A stretch of DNA of 64,000 nt from Alphaproteobacteria bacterium (GTDB lineage: Bacteria; Pseudomonadota; Alphaproteobacteria; CBDBCS01), in assembly GCA_965203415.1 (NCBI GenBank), contig CBDBCS010000006.1, positions 1,502,531 through 1,566,530 on the forward strand, read 5' to 3'. The notes below the pieces were generated by a model, which worked only from the letters and a program-made list of their open reading frames with translations, was not told where the DNA came from and did not search any database. The translations under genes were made by a program, and so were the position numbers. Positions 1-10,105 of the stretch are shown piece by piece. The number at the start of each line of letters is the position of its first letter. Within the stretch, counting starts at the first letter, position 1.

Positions 1-560
1 CTTATGATCTGGCGGCTCTGCCGTCGCAGCTCCACAACCGCCCCGAGCTCATCGCCCCGCGGCTGGAGGCCAAAATCCGTCAGGCTCGGCCGCTCTACCA
101 GCACATTCTCATCGGGTATGGCGATTGCGGCACAGGCGGCGGCGTGGATGCCTTATGCCGGAAATACGGCGTGACCCGACTGCCAGGAGACCATTGTTAC
201 GCGTTTTATGCGGGTCTCGACCATTTTGCGGCCCTCTGCGAGGAGGAGCTGGGGACCTTTTTTCTGACCGATTATCTGGCGCGCTTTTTTCCTCAATTGA
301 TTCTGCGAGGCCTGGGCATCGAGGCGAACCCTTCTCTCAAGTCGGTTTATTTCGGGAATTACCGGCGCTTAGTGTATCTGGCACAGCGCGAGGCGCCTGA
401 GCTCGATGCTCGGGCCGAACAAGCCGCGGCGAGCTTGGGACTCGCCTATGAGAGGCGTTGGACCGGCTATGGCCTTTTGGCCGAGACGCTCCGTCGCACC
501 GCGGCGCGCCAAGAACTCGAGGAACCCCGGAAAACCCGGGAACCCGTGCCGCCCGAATAA
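1..560 (+). CDS. DUF1638 domain-containing protein (5' end outside window)
   Basis: The frame is open from base 3 to the TAA at 558-560. The translation (...YQHILIGYGDCGTGGGVDALCRKYGVTRLPGDHCYAFYAG...FFLTDYLARFF) matches the conserved DUF1638 core as I remember it. The N-terminus is cut by the window edge. Confidence 0.7.
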   Translation, partial: YDLAALPSQLHNRPELIAPRLEAKIRQARPLYQHILIGYGDCGTGGGVDALCRKYGVTRLPGDHCYAFYAGLDHFAALCEEELGTFFLTDYLARFFPQLILRGLGIEANPSLKSVYFGNYRRLVYLAQREAPELDARAEQAAASLGLAYERRWTGYGLLAETLRRTAARQELEEPRKTREPVPPE

Positions 561-715
561 TAAACATTTGGGTGAAACGGCCTCGCTCGAGGTCTCCCTC
601 CCCCTCGAGGGCCTTCCGGGTGCGCCTTCCGGATGCATTCGGGGCACGTTCCGGGTGGTGTGTTCGATTCGCACGGCGCCCTCGAGCTTGGGCTTGATTG
701 GGGTTCGAGGCGGCT

Positions 716-1060
716 TTACTCCGCATCCCCCTCGCCGGCTTCGGGATTGAAATAGCGTTCCCACTTTTTTTCGACGTCTTTGAAGGCGTCGGCGTCGGCA
801 GGCGGGTCTTTTCTACGCGTGATATTCGGCCATTTTTCAGCGTAATCCCGGTTGGTCTCGACCCAAGCCTCGGCTTCGGGCAGCGTATCGGGTTTGATGG
901 CATCGACGGGGCATTCGGGCTCGCAGACGCCGCAGTCGATGCATTCGTCTGGGTGGATCACCAGCATATTGTCGCCCTCATAGAAGCAGTCGACGGGGCA
1001 GACTTCGACGCAGTCGGTGTATTTACAGCGGATACACGCGTCATTCACGATATAGGTCAT
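716..1060 (-). CDS. fdxA: 7Fe ferredoxin (3Fe-4S plus 4Fe-4S), FdxA type
   Basis: The 114 aa product starts [29 protein letters not shown] and contains [18 protein letters not shown]. This is the classic Azotobacter-type ferredoxin cysteine pattern. Confidence 0.9.
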   Translation of the reverse strand: MTYIVNDACIRCKYTDCVEVCPVDCFYEGDNMLVIHPDECIDCGVCEPECPVDAIKPDTLPEAEAWVETNRDYAEKWPNITRRKDPPADADAFKDVEKKWERYFNPEAGEGDAE

Positions 1061-1460
1061 AGAAGCACCTTTAGGGCTCCCGCCAGTTCGGGAGGGAGAC
1101 CGACAGAGTCAGACATTTCAGCCACGAAATCCGGGGCAACCCGGGGGAATTTCGGCTCAAGCCATCCGGCGAATCGACACCGGACCCCTCACCGGACCAC
1201 ACTCGCGGCACCAGCCGACCGGACCGGCCAACCGGGCAAGCAACTTAAAACAAAAGAGAGCCCATAGCAAGAGCCTCCTCATTTTACAGCTATCCACTTG
1301 ACAATTCAATCCTTCGAATCTATTCCCGACGTATGTCTGTTCCGGCCTGCTCCCGAAACTCTGCGGGAGGCCGCCGGCCCTCGGGGGAGGTGTGCCGCGT
1401 CCGGAAGAGGCCCCAGGAGAAAAACGCAAGATGGCTCGGTATGGGTTATTTTGCGCGGGT

Positions 1461-1535
1461 GGTGGCTGTAGCTCAGTTGGTCAGAGCGCCTGGTTGTGGT
1501 TCAGGAGGTCGTGGGTTCAAACCCCATCAGCCACC
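1461..1535 (+). tRNA. tRNA-His (anticodon GTG)
   Basis: I folded the cloverleaf by hand. The acceptor stem GTGGCTG (1462-1468) pairs with CAGCCAC (1528-1534). An extra G at -1 (1461) pairs with the discriminator C (1535), as expected for bacterial tRNA-His. The D arm is GCTC/GAGC, the anticodon loop is TTGTGGT and the T loop is GGTTCAAAC. CCA is not encoded. Confidence 0.9.
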
Positions 1536-1844
1536 CTTGTCCGTCTCCGTCCCCCTGCACGGCACCGCGAGGGGACCTTGTTCCTGTTTTAGGGCTCCGT
1601 TTCAATTTTTCAACTTTTTTCAACTTGGAGGAAAGGGACTCGTGAGAGAGTCCGGCCTTCTCTCCCGTCGTGGCATGCCCGCATGGGGCTTTATCATGAG
1701 GCTTTATCGAGTTTTCGCACAGAACTTTTTCCACATTCCGGGAAAAAGTGCTAGAATCGAGCGGCCCTCTTGTGTGCCCCTTGGGTTTGGATAGCTTAAG
1801 CTTAAGGCTTAGCTTCCTTGTGAGCGTGGGGTTTATGGCGGGGC

Positions 1845-3461
1845 TTGTACAGAAAGGAAGCTCTTATTTCGCGCGCCCACGGACGTCTGACGGGGTTTGT
1901 GTTTTTCACGGTCTGCCTTTTGGCGGGTGTGGCCTTGGTGTGCCTCGCCGGTCTTCTGGCGGTTCAGGCTCAGCGTCAGCACTGGTTTCACCAATTGCGT
2001 CTAGCCGCCCCCTTGTCCGGGCCCGGGCTGGAGCGGCTAGAGGAAGAGGCAAGCTCGCCCGCTTTCGTGCCCGCCGTCCGATGCCGCGAGGTCTATCCAG
2101 ACGAGTGGATTGATGCCACGGCCAACGGTCTCTTGGACCGCGCCTTATGGCGCGCACTCTGGTGGAGTCTGGACCCGTCCCGAGCCCCTGAAGCACGTTG
2201 CTATGTCTGGCCCGCCTCGCCTGAGAGCGGTGTAGACCCCGGTGTAGATCCCGGTGTAGACCCCGCCGGTTCTGGCGGTGTCCCGGCGGAGACCTCGCCA
2301 GCAGACCCGCAGCTAGAGCCCCTCCTGGGCCCGCTTGAGACCCCCGTCTCCCCTTTAACCCAGGATTCAACCCGGGCTTTAACCCAGAATTCAACCCCGG
2401 GCCACCGGGGCGGGCTGGAGGTCCTCACAAACGCTTCGAGCCTATCGTATCAACTCCAGATCACGGTGTGGCTGACGTCTTTTTTCGCCTTATTTTTTCT
2501 GGTTCTGCTGACTGCGGGATTCTGGTTGTACCGACACTGGGTTGCCGACCCGCTCCGAGCCATCGTGCGCATGTCAGAAGATTTTGGCCACGACCCCTCT
2601 TCCCCGCATGCGATTCTTGTGGCGACGGACCGGCGCGATATTATTGGCGTCTTACAGCGGACTTTTGTTCAAATGCAGCAGATTATTCGACTCAATTTGT
2701 TCGAGAATAGCCGCATGGTCGCCGTCGGCGAGTCCGTCCTGAAAATCATTCACGATGTGAAAAATATCATGGCACGCGTCATGATCGCCTGCGAGACCAT
2801 CATGAAAGACCCTAAGCACGAAAAAGACGCCGAGCAAATCATGCACGCGGTCGAACGCGTGACACACTTGGTCAATCGGACGCTGAACTATGTGACCGAA
2901 GAGCGCCGGTCCAATAAAGAAAAGGACTTCGGGCCGGTCTCGGTGTTGCAGGTTTTCGAGGATGTCGTCCAAAGTCTCCAGCGTTCCGGGGAGCTCGAAG
3001 ACAAAACGGGCGGCCCCAAAAGCGAGGGCGGCCCCGGCGGCCCCGGCGGCCCCGGCGGCCCCGGGCCCGTGACACCAGGACCACCCGGGCCCGTGACGAT
3101 AGACTGTCCGCGCTCGCTCGTTGTCAAGCTGGATGGGGAGGACCTCTATCGGGCTCTTTTGAATCTGGCCCAGAACGCTTTGGAGGCTCGGGCGACGCGC
3201 GTCACCCTCAAGGGCGAAGCGTTCGAAGGCAGTGTGATGATCACGGTTTGCGATGACGCAGGCGGTCTGCCGGACCATGTCCTGAATAATCTATTCACGC
3301 CCTTCAAAACGAGTAGCCATCAAGGAGGCGCTGGCCTGGGTTTGGCAATTGTTCACGAACTTGTGACAGGCAATGGCGGGACTTTCGACTTGATTTCCAC
3401 GGGAAAAGATGGTACGTGCTTCAAGGCTGTTTTCTTCAGCGAGGCACACGAGACACAATAG
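1845..3461 (+). CDS. membrane sensor histidine kinase (orphan, no adjacent response regulator)
   Basis: There is an N-terminal TM segment and a second TM segment (WLTSFFALFFLVLLTAGFWLY). An H-box-like IHDVKNIM is present, along with C-terminal HATPase motifs NLAQNALEA and GGAGLGLAIVHELVTGNGGTFDL. The start is a TTG and is uncertain. Confidence 0.8.
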   Translation: MYRKEALISRAHGRLTGFVFFTVCLLAGVALVCLAGLLAVQAQRQHWFHQLRLAAPLSGPGLERLEEEASSPAFVPAVRCREVYPDEWIDATANGLLDRALWRALWWSLDPSRAPEARCYVWPASPESGVDPGVDPGVDPAGSGGVPAETSPADPQLEPLLGPLETPVSPLTQDSTRALTQNSTPGHRGGLEVLTNASSLSYQLQITVWLTSFFALFFLVLLTAGFWLYRHWVADPLRAIVRMSEDFGHDPSSPHAILVATDRRDIIGVLQRTFVQMQQIIRLNLFENSRMVAVGESVLKIIHDVKNIMARVMIACETIMKDPKHEKDAEQIMHAVERVTHLVNRTLNYVTEERRSNKEKDFGPVSVLQVFEDVVQSLQRSGELEDKTGGPKSEGGPGGPGGPGGPGPVTPGPPGPVTIDCPRSLVVKLDGEDLYRALLNLAQNALEARATRVTLKGEAFEGSVMITVCDDAGGLPDHVLNNLFTPFKTSSHQGGAGLGLAIVHELVTGNGGTFDLISTGKDGTCFKAVFFSEAHETQ

Positions 3462-3576
3462 GCACGTCCGTAGTCATGTCCAAAGAAGAGTGTGCTCGTG
3501 AAAGCTTGATTCCCTACGCCAGGCGTCTTTTTTGAAGGAATTTGAAAAAGAAAGTTCGGAAGGAGGTCCGATAAAT

Positions 3577-4662
3577 ATGGAAAAGAATACCAGGAGAACG
3601 AAATATCTGAGGATTTCTCTCTCTCTTTTTTCCTTGTGGAGGTCCTTGTCGCTACGGCCTCAGCGAGGCGGCCTGCTGGTGCCCGTCTTGTCCGGCCCTG
3701 GGTCCGCGGCTTTCGCGGATTCCTCCGATGGACGCAGCGAACCCATGCGGCCCGTTCGTCATTTCGTTCGTCTTGTTCGGCGTCTCGTCCCGGGTTTTGT
3801 GGGTTGGGGCTTCATGCTCCCCGTGAGTCTCGGTCTCGGGGTTTCTTTTGCCGCTTGGGGTGCCGAAAAAGGAGCTCTTGAAAGGCAGTTCTCGCCCAGT
3901 ACGCTGGCCGAGCCGGCTCAGATTCTGGATGATGGCCCCTATGCGGCGTTTCTCGACCGCTATGTCCGCGAGGGCGAGGGCATCCATTGGGTGGATTATG
4001 GCGGCGTCTCGGCGGCCGACCGAGCGGCCCTCAGGGGCTATATCGACACCTTAACGCAAATGGACCCGAGCCCCGAAAACCTGACGCGTGCCCAACAAGT
4101 AGCCTACTGGATCAATCTATACAACGCTGTGACGCTGGATGTTGTGCTGGATTTCTACCCCGTGGAGACGATCCGAGATATTCGGCTCGGCGGGTTTCTG
4201 TCGCCCGGCCCTTGGGGGCGGGAATTGGTGACGGTGTCCGGGCTGGATTTATCGCTCGACGACATAGAGCACACGATTTTGCGTGGGATTTTCGGAGAAA
4301 TACGGGTGCATTATGCCGTGAATTGCGCCTCTTACTCCTGCCCGAATCTTTTAGAACGCCCCTGGCGGGCCGAGACCTTGGAAGAAGACCTGGAGGCCGC
4401 CGCCCGATACTATGTCAACTCGCCCCAGGGCGTGTGGTTTGACGAAGAGGGAAAACCTCAGGTTTCCAGCATTTATCACTGGTACAGCGAGGATTTCGGC
4501 GAGACCAAAGCGGAAGTGCTCGACCATATTCGCCTTTTCGCTTCGCCCGAATTACGGAAAAAATTGGAGCCCTATAGCACATACGACGACCACGATTATG
4601 ACTGGAGCCTCAATGATCTCGCCAGACTGTCCGATGATGGTTCCCTGTCCGATGGGTCGTAG
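3577..4662 (+). CDS. DUF547 domain-containing protein
   Basis: The motifs WINLYNAVTLDVVLDFYP, LSLDDIEHTILRG and VHYAVNCASYSCPNL are typical of DUF547. The ATG at 3577 is preceded by GGAAGGAGG. An alternative ATG at 3745 lies directly before a signal-peptide-like segment. The ORF track begins at a TTG at 3532. Confidence 0.7.
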   Translation: MEKNTRRTKYLRISLSLFSLWRSLSLRPQRGGLLVPVLSGPGSAAFADSSDGRSEPMRPVRHFVRLVRRLVPGFVGWGFMLPVSLGLGVSFAAWGAEKGALERQFSPSTLAEPAQILDDGPYAAFLDRYVREGEGIHWVDYGGVSAADRAALRGYIDTLTQMDPSPENLTRAQQVAYWINLYNAVTLDVVLDFYPVETIRDIRLGGFLSPGPWGRELVTVSGLDLSLDDIEHTILRGIFGEIRVHYAVNCASYSCPNLLERPWRAETLEEDLEAAARYYVNSPQGVWFDEEGKPQVSSIYHWYSEDFGETKAEVLDHIRLFASPELRKKLEPYSTYDDHDYDWSLNDLARLSDDGSLSDGS

Positions 4663-4880
4663 GGGCAGGGGCAAGGGCCGCCTCGCCTGGCATAGCCTGG
4701 CATACCCCCTCCGTGCTTTTTCGCCACCGCGGGAGCGTTTCTTCGCCTGATTGCCTGCTTGATTGACCGCCTGATTGACTAATAGGGGGCTGCTGCCGGA
4801 GGGATGGACCGCAGGGGCTCCAAAGCCCTCGGCTCTAGAGCCAAGGGCTCCAGAGCCGAGGATTCTCCAGGGATTATAGT

Positions 4881-5756
4881 GTGTTTGCCTCCTTTTTCGT
4901 GACGCCTGATTCTCTGAGGGCGCGTCTGGAAACAGAGCCAGCGTCCTGTGTTCTCCTGGACGCCCGCTGGGTCGGCGGGCGTGCGCCTTTGCGAGCCCTC
5001 TATGAAGAAGCCCATATCCCCGGAGCCCGTCTTTTCGACATAGACACGATATGCGACTCGAGCGCGCCTTTTCCGCATATGGTCGCCTCGCCAGAGCACT
5101 TTGAGGCCCTGATGAATGCGATGGGGATTTCCTCGTCGGATACGCTTATAGTTTATGACCAGTTGGGCTGCCACTTGGCGGCGCCGCGTGTGTGGTGGAA
5201 TTTCCGCCTCATGGGTCACGCGTCTGTTTATCTCTTGGAGGGCGGCTTGAGACGTTGGCAAGCGCTTGGCTTGCCGCTGGCGTCGGGGCCCGCGCCGGCA
5301 CCGGCACCCGCCCGCGATGGACAGTTTAAGGCCCGTTTTGTGCCAGAGCGCTATTTAGACTATGGCTTGCTGCGCGAATGGCAGGCGTCGCGGGTTCCTT
5401 TTTTTCTCCTGGACAATCGGAGCCCCGAACGCTTTTCCGGGGCCATCGCCGAGCCTCGCCCCGATGTGGCTGCCGGGGCCATAGAGGGCTCTGTGAATGT
5501 GCCTTTCGAAGAATTATGCGAGCCCGATTTCTCCGCCTTGCGCCCCGCCGAAGAGCTGCGAGCTCGTTTCGCCAGCTGCGGCCTGCCGGATACAGGCCGT
5601 GCCCCACCGTCGCTCCCTGTTGTGACGACCTGCGGTTCCGGTGTAACCGCCTGTATCGCCGCCCTCGCCCTAGAGCAGGCGGGTCTGGGCCCCGCCCGCG
5701 TCTATGACGGTTCCTGGACGGAATACGCTTTGCGGACTGCCTCGACGCGTCCTTAA
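4881..5756 (+). CDS. sseA: 3-mercaptopyruvate/thiosulfate sulfurtransferase (tandem rhodanese)
   Basis: It has the two-rhodanese layout and the active-site loop TTCGSGVTAC. The start codon is GTG. Confidence 0.85.
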   Translation: MFASFFVTPDSLRARLETEPASCVLLDARWVGGRAPLRALYEEAHIPGARLFDIDTICDSSAPFPHMVASPEHFEALMNAMGISSSDTLIVYDQLGCHLAAPRVWWNFRLMGHASVYLLEGGLRRWQALGLPLASGPAPAPAPARDGQFKARFVPERYLDYGLLREWQASRVPFFLLDNRSPERFSGAIAEPRPDVAAGAIEGSVNVPFEELCEPDFSALRPAEELRARFASCGLPDTGRAPPSLPVVTTCGSGVTACIAALALEQAGLGPARVYDGSWTEYALRTASTRP

Positions 5757-5812
5757 AGACGCGTCCCCTTGTCGGGAGCGGGGCCGCCGCCCTCTGCTGC
5801 GGCCCGTCGTGA

Positions 5813-7111
5813 TTAGTACCGGTAGTGGGCGGGCTTAAACGGGCCGTCGGGACTCTCGAGTCCGATATAGCGCGCCTGTTCCGCACTGAGCCGCGTCAGG
5901 CTTGCTCCGAGCTTTTCCAGATGCAACATGGCGACTTCTTCGTCGAGTTTTCTCGGGAGTTGATAGACTTGATTGTCGTACTGGTGGCCGCTCTGGAAGA
6001 GTTCTATCTGGGCCAAGACCTGGTTCGAGAAGCTGGTACTCATGACGAAACTGGGGTGGCCGGTCGCGCACCCTAAATTGACGAGGCGTCCCTCGGCCAA
6101 GAGCACCAGGCGTTTGCCGTCCGGGAAGACGATTTCGTCGACCTGAGGCTTGATATTGCGCCAGGTAAAATTGCGTAGAGCGTCCACTTGGATCTCGTTA
6201 TTAAAGTGGCCGATATTGCACACGACGGCCCCGTCGCGCATGGTACGCATGTGCTCCAGGCAGAGGACGTCCGTGTTCCCCGTGGCCGTGATGACAATAT
6301 CCGCGCGCGCGGCCGCTTGTTCGACGGTGACGACCTCATAGCCCTCCATCGCGGCCTGGAGGGCGCAAATCGGGTCTATTTCGCTGACGAGCACGCGGCA
6401 TCCGGCCTGTCTGAGCCCCGCCGCCGTTCCCTTGCCGACATCGCCATAGCCGCAGACGAGTGCTACTTTTCCCGCCATCATGAGGTCCGTCGCGCGCCGA
6501 AGAGCGTCCACGGCGGACTCGCGGCACCCGTAGATATTGTCAAATTTAGATTTTGTCACCGCATCGTTGACGTTGAAGGCAGGCACGCGGAGTTTTCCCT
6601 GTTTCGCCGCTTCATAGAGGCGCAAGACGCCTGTTGTGGTTTCCTCGGACAGGCCCCGGACGGCCTTGAGTCTGTCCGGATAGTCTTGATGCATCATCCA
6701 GGTGAGGTCTCCGCCGTCGTCTAGGATCATATTGGCCTCCCATGCGGGATTGCCTTCTATGGTTTGCCTCAGGCACCAGTCGTATTCGTCTTCGGTTTCG
6801 CCTTTCCACGCGAAGACAGGGACGCCGCGAACGGCGACGGCCGCCGCCGCCTGGTCCTGCGTCGAGAAGATATTGCACGACGACCATCGCACCTGAGCCC
6901 CTAAGGCCATGAGCGTCTCTATGAGAACGGCCGTCTGGACCGTCATATGAAGGCACCCTAGAATGCGGGCGCCCTCGAGAGGGCGTGTCTCTTGATAGCG
7001 GCGGCGCAACGCCATTAAACCGGGCATTTCCGGCTCGGCGAGTTCGATCTCGTGCCGGCCTCGGTCGGCTAGGGTGATATCCGCGACTTTATAATCCTGT
7101 TTCTGTGTCAT
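5813..7111 (-). CDS. ahcY: adenosylhomocysteinase
   Basis: The product runs from [36 protein letters not shown] to KPAHYRY with an NAD-binding GYGDVGKG motif. I chose the internal ATG at 7111 over the ORF-track start at 7270 because the extra 53 aa have no counterpart in AhcY. Confidence 0.95.
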   Translation of the reverse strand: MTQKQDYKVADITLADRGRHEIELAEPEMPGLMALRRRYQETRPLEGARILGCLHMTVQTAVLIETLMALGAQVRWSSCNIFSTQDQAAAAVAVRGVPVFAWKGETEDEYDWCLRQTIEGNPAWEANMILDDGGDLTWMMHQDYPDRLKAVRGLSEETTTGVLRLYEAAKQGKLRVPAFNVNDAVTKSKFDNIYGCRESAVDALRRATDLMMAGKVALVCGYGDVGKGTAAGLRQAGCRVLVSEIDPICALQAAMEGYEVVTVEQAAARADIVITATGNTDVLCLEHMRTMRDGAVVCNIGHFNNEIQVDALRNFTWRNIKPQVDEIVFPDGKRLVLLAEGRLVNLGCATGHPSFVMSTSFSNQVLAQIELFQSGHQYDNQVYQLPRKLDEEVAMLHLEKLGASLTRLSAEQARYIGLESPDGPFKPAHYRY

Positions 7112-7164
7112 GAGTGTTTTGACTCCTGTTGGTTCGTTATCAGGGCCCAAGAGGCCCCCAGCCT

Positions 7165-8886
7165 TTAGACTTGCGGCCCTTGCGAAAATTTTTTGCGAAA
7201 AAGCTCCCGTTGCTGCTGCGTCAGAGCCAAAGCCAGACGCCACCCCTGAGACCCAAGCGACTCGGCACACACCGCCCGCTGGCTATAGAGCCAAGAACGT
7301 GCTTTAGCGGCCTCCCACCCCAACTCCAGGACCATCCGGTATCTCGGGGGGGCCAGCAGAGCCTCGATGCGTTCCCCTAGCACGTCCAGCCCCCGGCCGT
7401 CAAGAGCCGAAACTTGAACGACAGGGCCTCCTGTGACGGGCTCTCCCGTGGTTTTTTCGCCCTCCGAGCCGTTCGTTTCACCCGTTTCAAGAGAGGCCAG
7501 GGCATCACACAGAGCATCATGAAGGGCATCTGTTTTATTCATGACCTCCAGCACGGGGGGTGTTTTTTGTCCTTCGAACAGGTCTTCCAGGACGTTGCGC
7601 ACGGTCTGTCTGTGCATAGCGTCAAACGGGTCGGTTGCGTCGCGCACCAGAAGAATCAACTCGGCGTATCGGGCTTCTTCCATGGTGGCGCGAAACGCCG
7701 CGAAAAGAGGCGGCGGTAAATGCCGGATAAAGCCGACCGTGTCTGAAAGTAGAATACATTTGCCTCCGGGAAGCCGGACGCGCGACAAACGCGGGTCGAG
7801 TGTCGCAAACGCCATATCGTCCACATAGGCCTGATGCCCGGCGAGTCGGTTGAAAAGGCTCGTTTTTCCGACATTCGTATAGCCGACGAGCGTCACAAGC
7901 GGATAAGGTAGGTTGCGTCGAGCTTGCCGTTGCACGTCACGCGTGCGCCGAATGCGCTGGAGACCCGTCCGACACGTTTTAATGCGTTGCTCGAGCAGGC
8001 GCCGGTCCAGTTCTATTTGGCGTTCGCCGGGGCCTCCGACGAAGTTTTGGCGGCCTCGCTGGCGTTCCAGATGGGTCCATTGCCGGACGAGGCGCGCTCG
8101 ACGCCAGGACAAACGCGCCAGCATCACCTGGAGTCGACCCTCGTGGGTGAGGGCTCTTGCCGCGAAAATCGCTAAAATGAGCTCCGTTCGCCCGAGGATG
8201 GGGCATTCGAGCTGCCGCTCCAGGTTTCTTTGCTCGGCGGGGGTGAGATCCTGACTGAAGACGATGCGTTGGGCTCGTTTTTCCTGGCACTGGTCTCGGA
8301 GGATCGCCACCTGGCCCTTCTGGAGCCGGACCGTGGAACGCCCCGGGGCTCGCCACGGGTTCGCTTCCCGCCCGCCTCGCCGCGGCGAGGGCGAGCGCGG
8401 ACAATAAGAACCGACCAATTCGCCGCCGTAAGAGCAGATCAGACTCTGCATTTCGGCTAGGACCTGGTCGAGCTCCATGCTTCTCAAGCTTTTCCGAGGC
8501 ACAAGACGCCCTGCAAAAGCGTGTCCGGTCGAACTCGCCGACCCCGTAGACGCCGCCGCACCGGAAAATCCGGGAGGCAAGTCAGCCGGGAAAGCCGAGA
8601 GGCCATCGGGTTCCCACGCCAGGCCGGCTGCCTCGGTTTCGGATGAGCCATGGGATGAGATATGTGTCGAATCGAAGCGTATCTCCGAGGGCATCCCGAA
8701 GGGGAGGTCCGCGGATAGGCGGCCTGGACTCGGCCCGGATGTCGCGCTTGTGGACGCGTGGCCCCTGGCAGGAACTGCTCCCGAAGGCGGCCTGAACCCG
8801 GCCCGGGAAACAAAAGAGCCAGCGGCGGCGCACACCAAAAAGACACGCTCGCGTTCTGTCTGGCCTGTTTGGCCGGCTTGGCTCAT
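7165..8886 (-). CDS. hflX: GTPase HflX with an enlarged low-complexity N-terminal insertion
   Basis: It has the HflX N-domain ([24 protein letters not shown]...WTHLERQRG) and the G motifs [17 protein letters not shown] and NKTD. I chose the ATG at 8886 ([18 protein letters not shown]...) because the 9045 start would overlap hfq. Confidence 0.85.
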   Translation of the reverse strand: MSQAGQTGQTERERVFLVCAAAGSFVSRAGFRPPSGAVPARGHASTSATSGPSPGRLSADLPFGMPSEIRFDSTHISSHGSSETEAAGLAWEPDGLSAFPADLPPGFSGAAASTGSASSTGHAFAGRLVPRKSLRSMELDQVLAEMQSLICSYGGELVGSYCPRSPSPRRGGREANPWRAPGRSTVRLQKGQVAILRDQCQEKRAQRIVFSQDLTPAEQRNLERQLECPILGRTELILAIFAARALTHEGRLQVMLARLSWRRARLVRQWTHLERQRGRQNFVGGPGERQIELDRRLLEQRIKTCRTGLQRIRRTRDVQRQARRNLPYPLVTLVGYTNVGKTSLFNRLAGHQAYVDDMAFATLDPRLSRVRLPGGKCILLSDTVGFIRHLPPPLFAAFRATMEEARYAELILLVRDATDPFDAMHRQTVRNVLEDLFEGQKTPPVLEVMNKTDALHDALCDALASLETGETNGSEGEKTTGEPVTGGPVVQVSALDGRGLDVLGERIEALLAPPRYRMVLELGWEAAKARSWLYSQRAVCAESLGSQGWRLALALTQQQRELFRKKFSQGPQV

Positions 8887-8924
8887 TTTTCCCGGCGTTG
8901 TCGCCTTCGTCGTGAGGTCCGTGC

Positions 8925-8984
8925 CACAGTTCTGCCCCCGGCAGTTCTGCCCCCGGCAGTCCTGCCCCTGGCAGTTCTGCGCGC
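8925..8984. repeat. 15 bp x4 tandem repeat in the hfq-hflX spacer, each unit containing the self-complementary GGCAGTTCTGCC
   Basis: The units CACAGTTCTGCCCCC, GGCAGTTCTGCCCCC, GGCAGTCCTGCCCCT and GGCAGTTCTGCGCGC were read directly from the sequence. Confidence 0.85.
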
Positions 8985-8998
8985 GGGGGAGGGTGGGG

Positions 8999-9310
8999 TC
9001 AATAGCCCTCTTCGCCTTCGTAATAGTCCCCGCCGGCGTCCTCATCCTGTCCGGCGGCGGCGTCTCCCCGTGGCGGAGGGTCTATCTCCGTGTTCGACAA
9101 ATCGATGGGCTTATGCGGCATCACCGTCGAGATGGCGTGTTTATACACCAGCTGAAGCTGTATCTCTCGTTTCAAGAGAACCGTGTAGCTATCAAACCAC
9201 GTGACAATGCCCTGGAGTTTGACACCATTCACCAGAAAGATAGTCAGGAAGACTTTGTTCCTGCGGCACTCATTCAGAAAACTGTCCTGAAGGTTTGGTT
9301 TTTTTGTCAT
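8999..9310 (-). CDS. hfq: RNA chaperone Hfq with an acidic C-terminal tail
   Basis: The Sm1/Sm2 core is [40 protein letters not shown]...VYKHAISTV. It lies directly upstream of hflX. Confidence 0.95.
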   Translation of the reverse strand: MTKKPNLQDSFLNECRRNKVFLTIFLVNGVKLQGIVTWFDSYTVLLKREIQLQLVYKHAISTVMPHKPIDLSNTEIDPPPRGDAAAGQDEDAGGDYYEGEEGY

Positions 9311-9746
9311 GCTTATTCACCCCTGTTTGACAGACATCATTTTCGCGGACGTCACAGACGTCATCCTGCGTCATCTCGCATACATCCGTGGCATCTGGCA
9401 CAAAGACGGCTCGTTTGCGTGCCACCGCTCTCTCCCCGGGGCCCCAGAAAGGCCCAAAAAGCCGGAAGGACACAGACGCCAACGTGATAGGACTATCCTA
9501 AAGGCAAAATGAACAAAAAGCAAGCACTCCGGAGGAGCGGCCTCAAAAGAGCCGGAAGAGACCGTGAGACGAGCTCTGAAAGGCTGTTACGGTTTACAAC
9601 CAATTCGGATTATAATGTCCGGGTAAGCCGCCGATCAGGTTTTTGGGTGGCTCTGCGTTTCTTAAGAGGCTCTTGATTTTTTCAGTCTGGATTTTTCAAA
9701 CCGAATTTGCTATGAAATAGGGCGTAAAGAGGGCTTAAAACTGTCT

Positions 9747-9998
9747 ATGCCAATCGCATCATCTTTCGCATCATCTTTGACAGAGGACGAGGAATTGCGC
9801 CTGCCTTCCCCCTGCGTCGGCGTGTGTCGACTGGACGCGAACGACCATTGCCTGGGGTGTTTCCGCACCATAGACGAAATCCGAGAGTGGCCCAACGCCG
9901 ATCTCAACCGTCAATTGGCTATTCTGGACCAGCTTCGAGTGCGGCGGGTCTCGAACGGGGGGCGAGGGCGACGCTCTAATGCGCGCCGGAGAGGGTAG
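9747..9998 (+). CDS. DUF1289 domain-containing protein (YdhL-like)
   Basis: PSPCVGVCRLDANDHCLGCFRTIDEIREW is the characteristic DUF1289 cysteine motif. Confidence 0.75.
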   Translation: MPIASSFASSLTEDEELRLPSPCVGVCRLDANDHCLGCFRTIDEIREWPNADLNRQLAILDQLRVRRVSNGGRGRRSNARRRG

Positions 9999-10066
9999 AG
10001 GCTCGGCGGCGGGCCTCCAGCGTCCGTCCGTCCCGAGAGAAACCCAGGAGAAGCCCGAGAGTCCGT

Positions 10067-10096
10067 CCGCCTCCCCTTTGGGGGGCGGGCTTTTTT
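10067..10096 (+). terminator. rho-independent terminator after the DUF1289 gene
   Basis: The hairpin is CCGCCTCCCC-TTT-GGGGGGCGG (about 9 bp of GC stem with one bulge). It is followed by CTTTTTT at 10090-10096. Confidence 0.55.
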
Positions 10097-10105
10097 AGAG
10101 GAATT

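Noticed and set aside
1290-1302. DnaA-box-like CTATCCACT next to TTGACA upstream of tRNA-His as a second DnaA site or promoter
   Set aside because: It is a single 7/9 match with no neighbouring boxes. The TTGACA has only a poor -10 (TATTCC) at 17 bp and lies about 160 bp from the tRNA. It is not supportable as a feature.
1621-1660. RNase P RNA start, suggested by GGAGGAAAG...GTCCGGCC
   Set aside because: The universally conserved GAGGAAAGTCCGGGC is interrupted by an inserted hairpin (GGACTCGTGAGAGAGTCC). No further P4 or other RNase P elements follow.
5744-5765. Twin GACGCGTC palindromes around the sseA stop as a bidirectional terminator for sseA and ahcY
   Set aside because: An 8 bp stem with a 6 nt loop is possible, but no T-tract follows on either strand. 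The evidence for an intrinsic terminator is too weak.
8887-9045. The ORF-track start of hflX at 9045, giving a 626-aa protein
   Set aside because: That start would overlap the last 47 bp of hfq and would translate the 15 bp intergenic repeat (QNCQGQDCRGQNCRGQNC). The ATG at 8886 begins just before the conserved ERxxLV strand.
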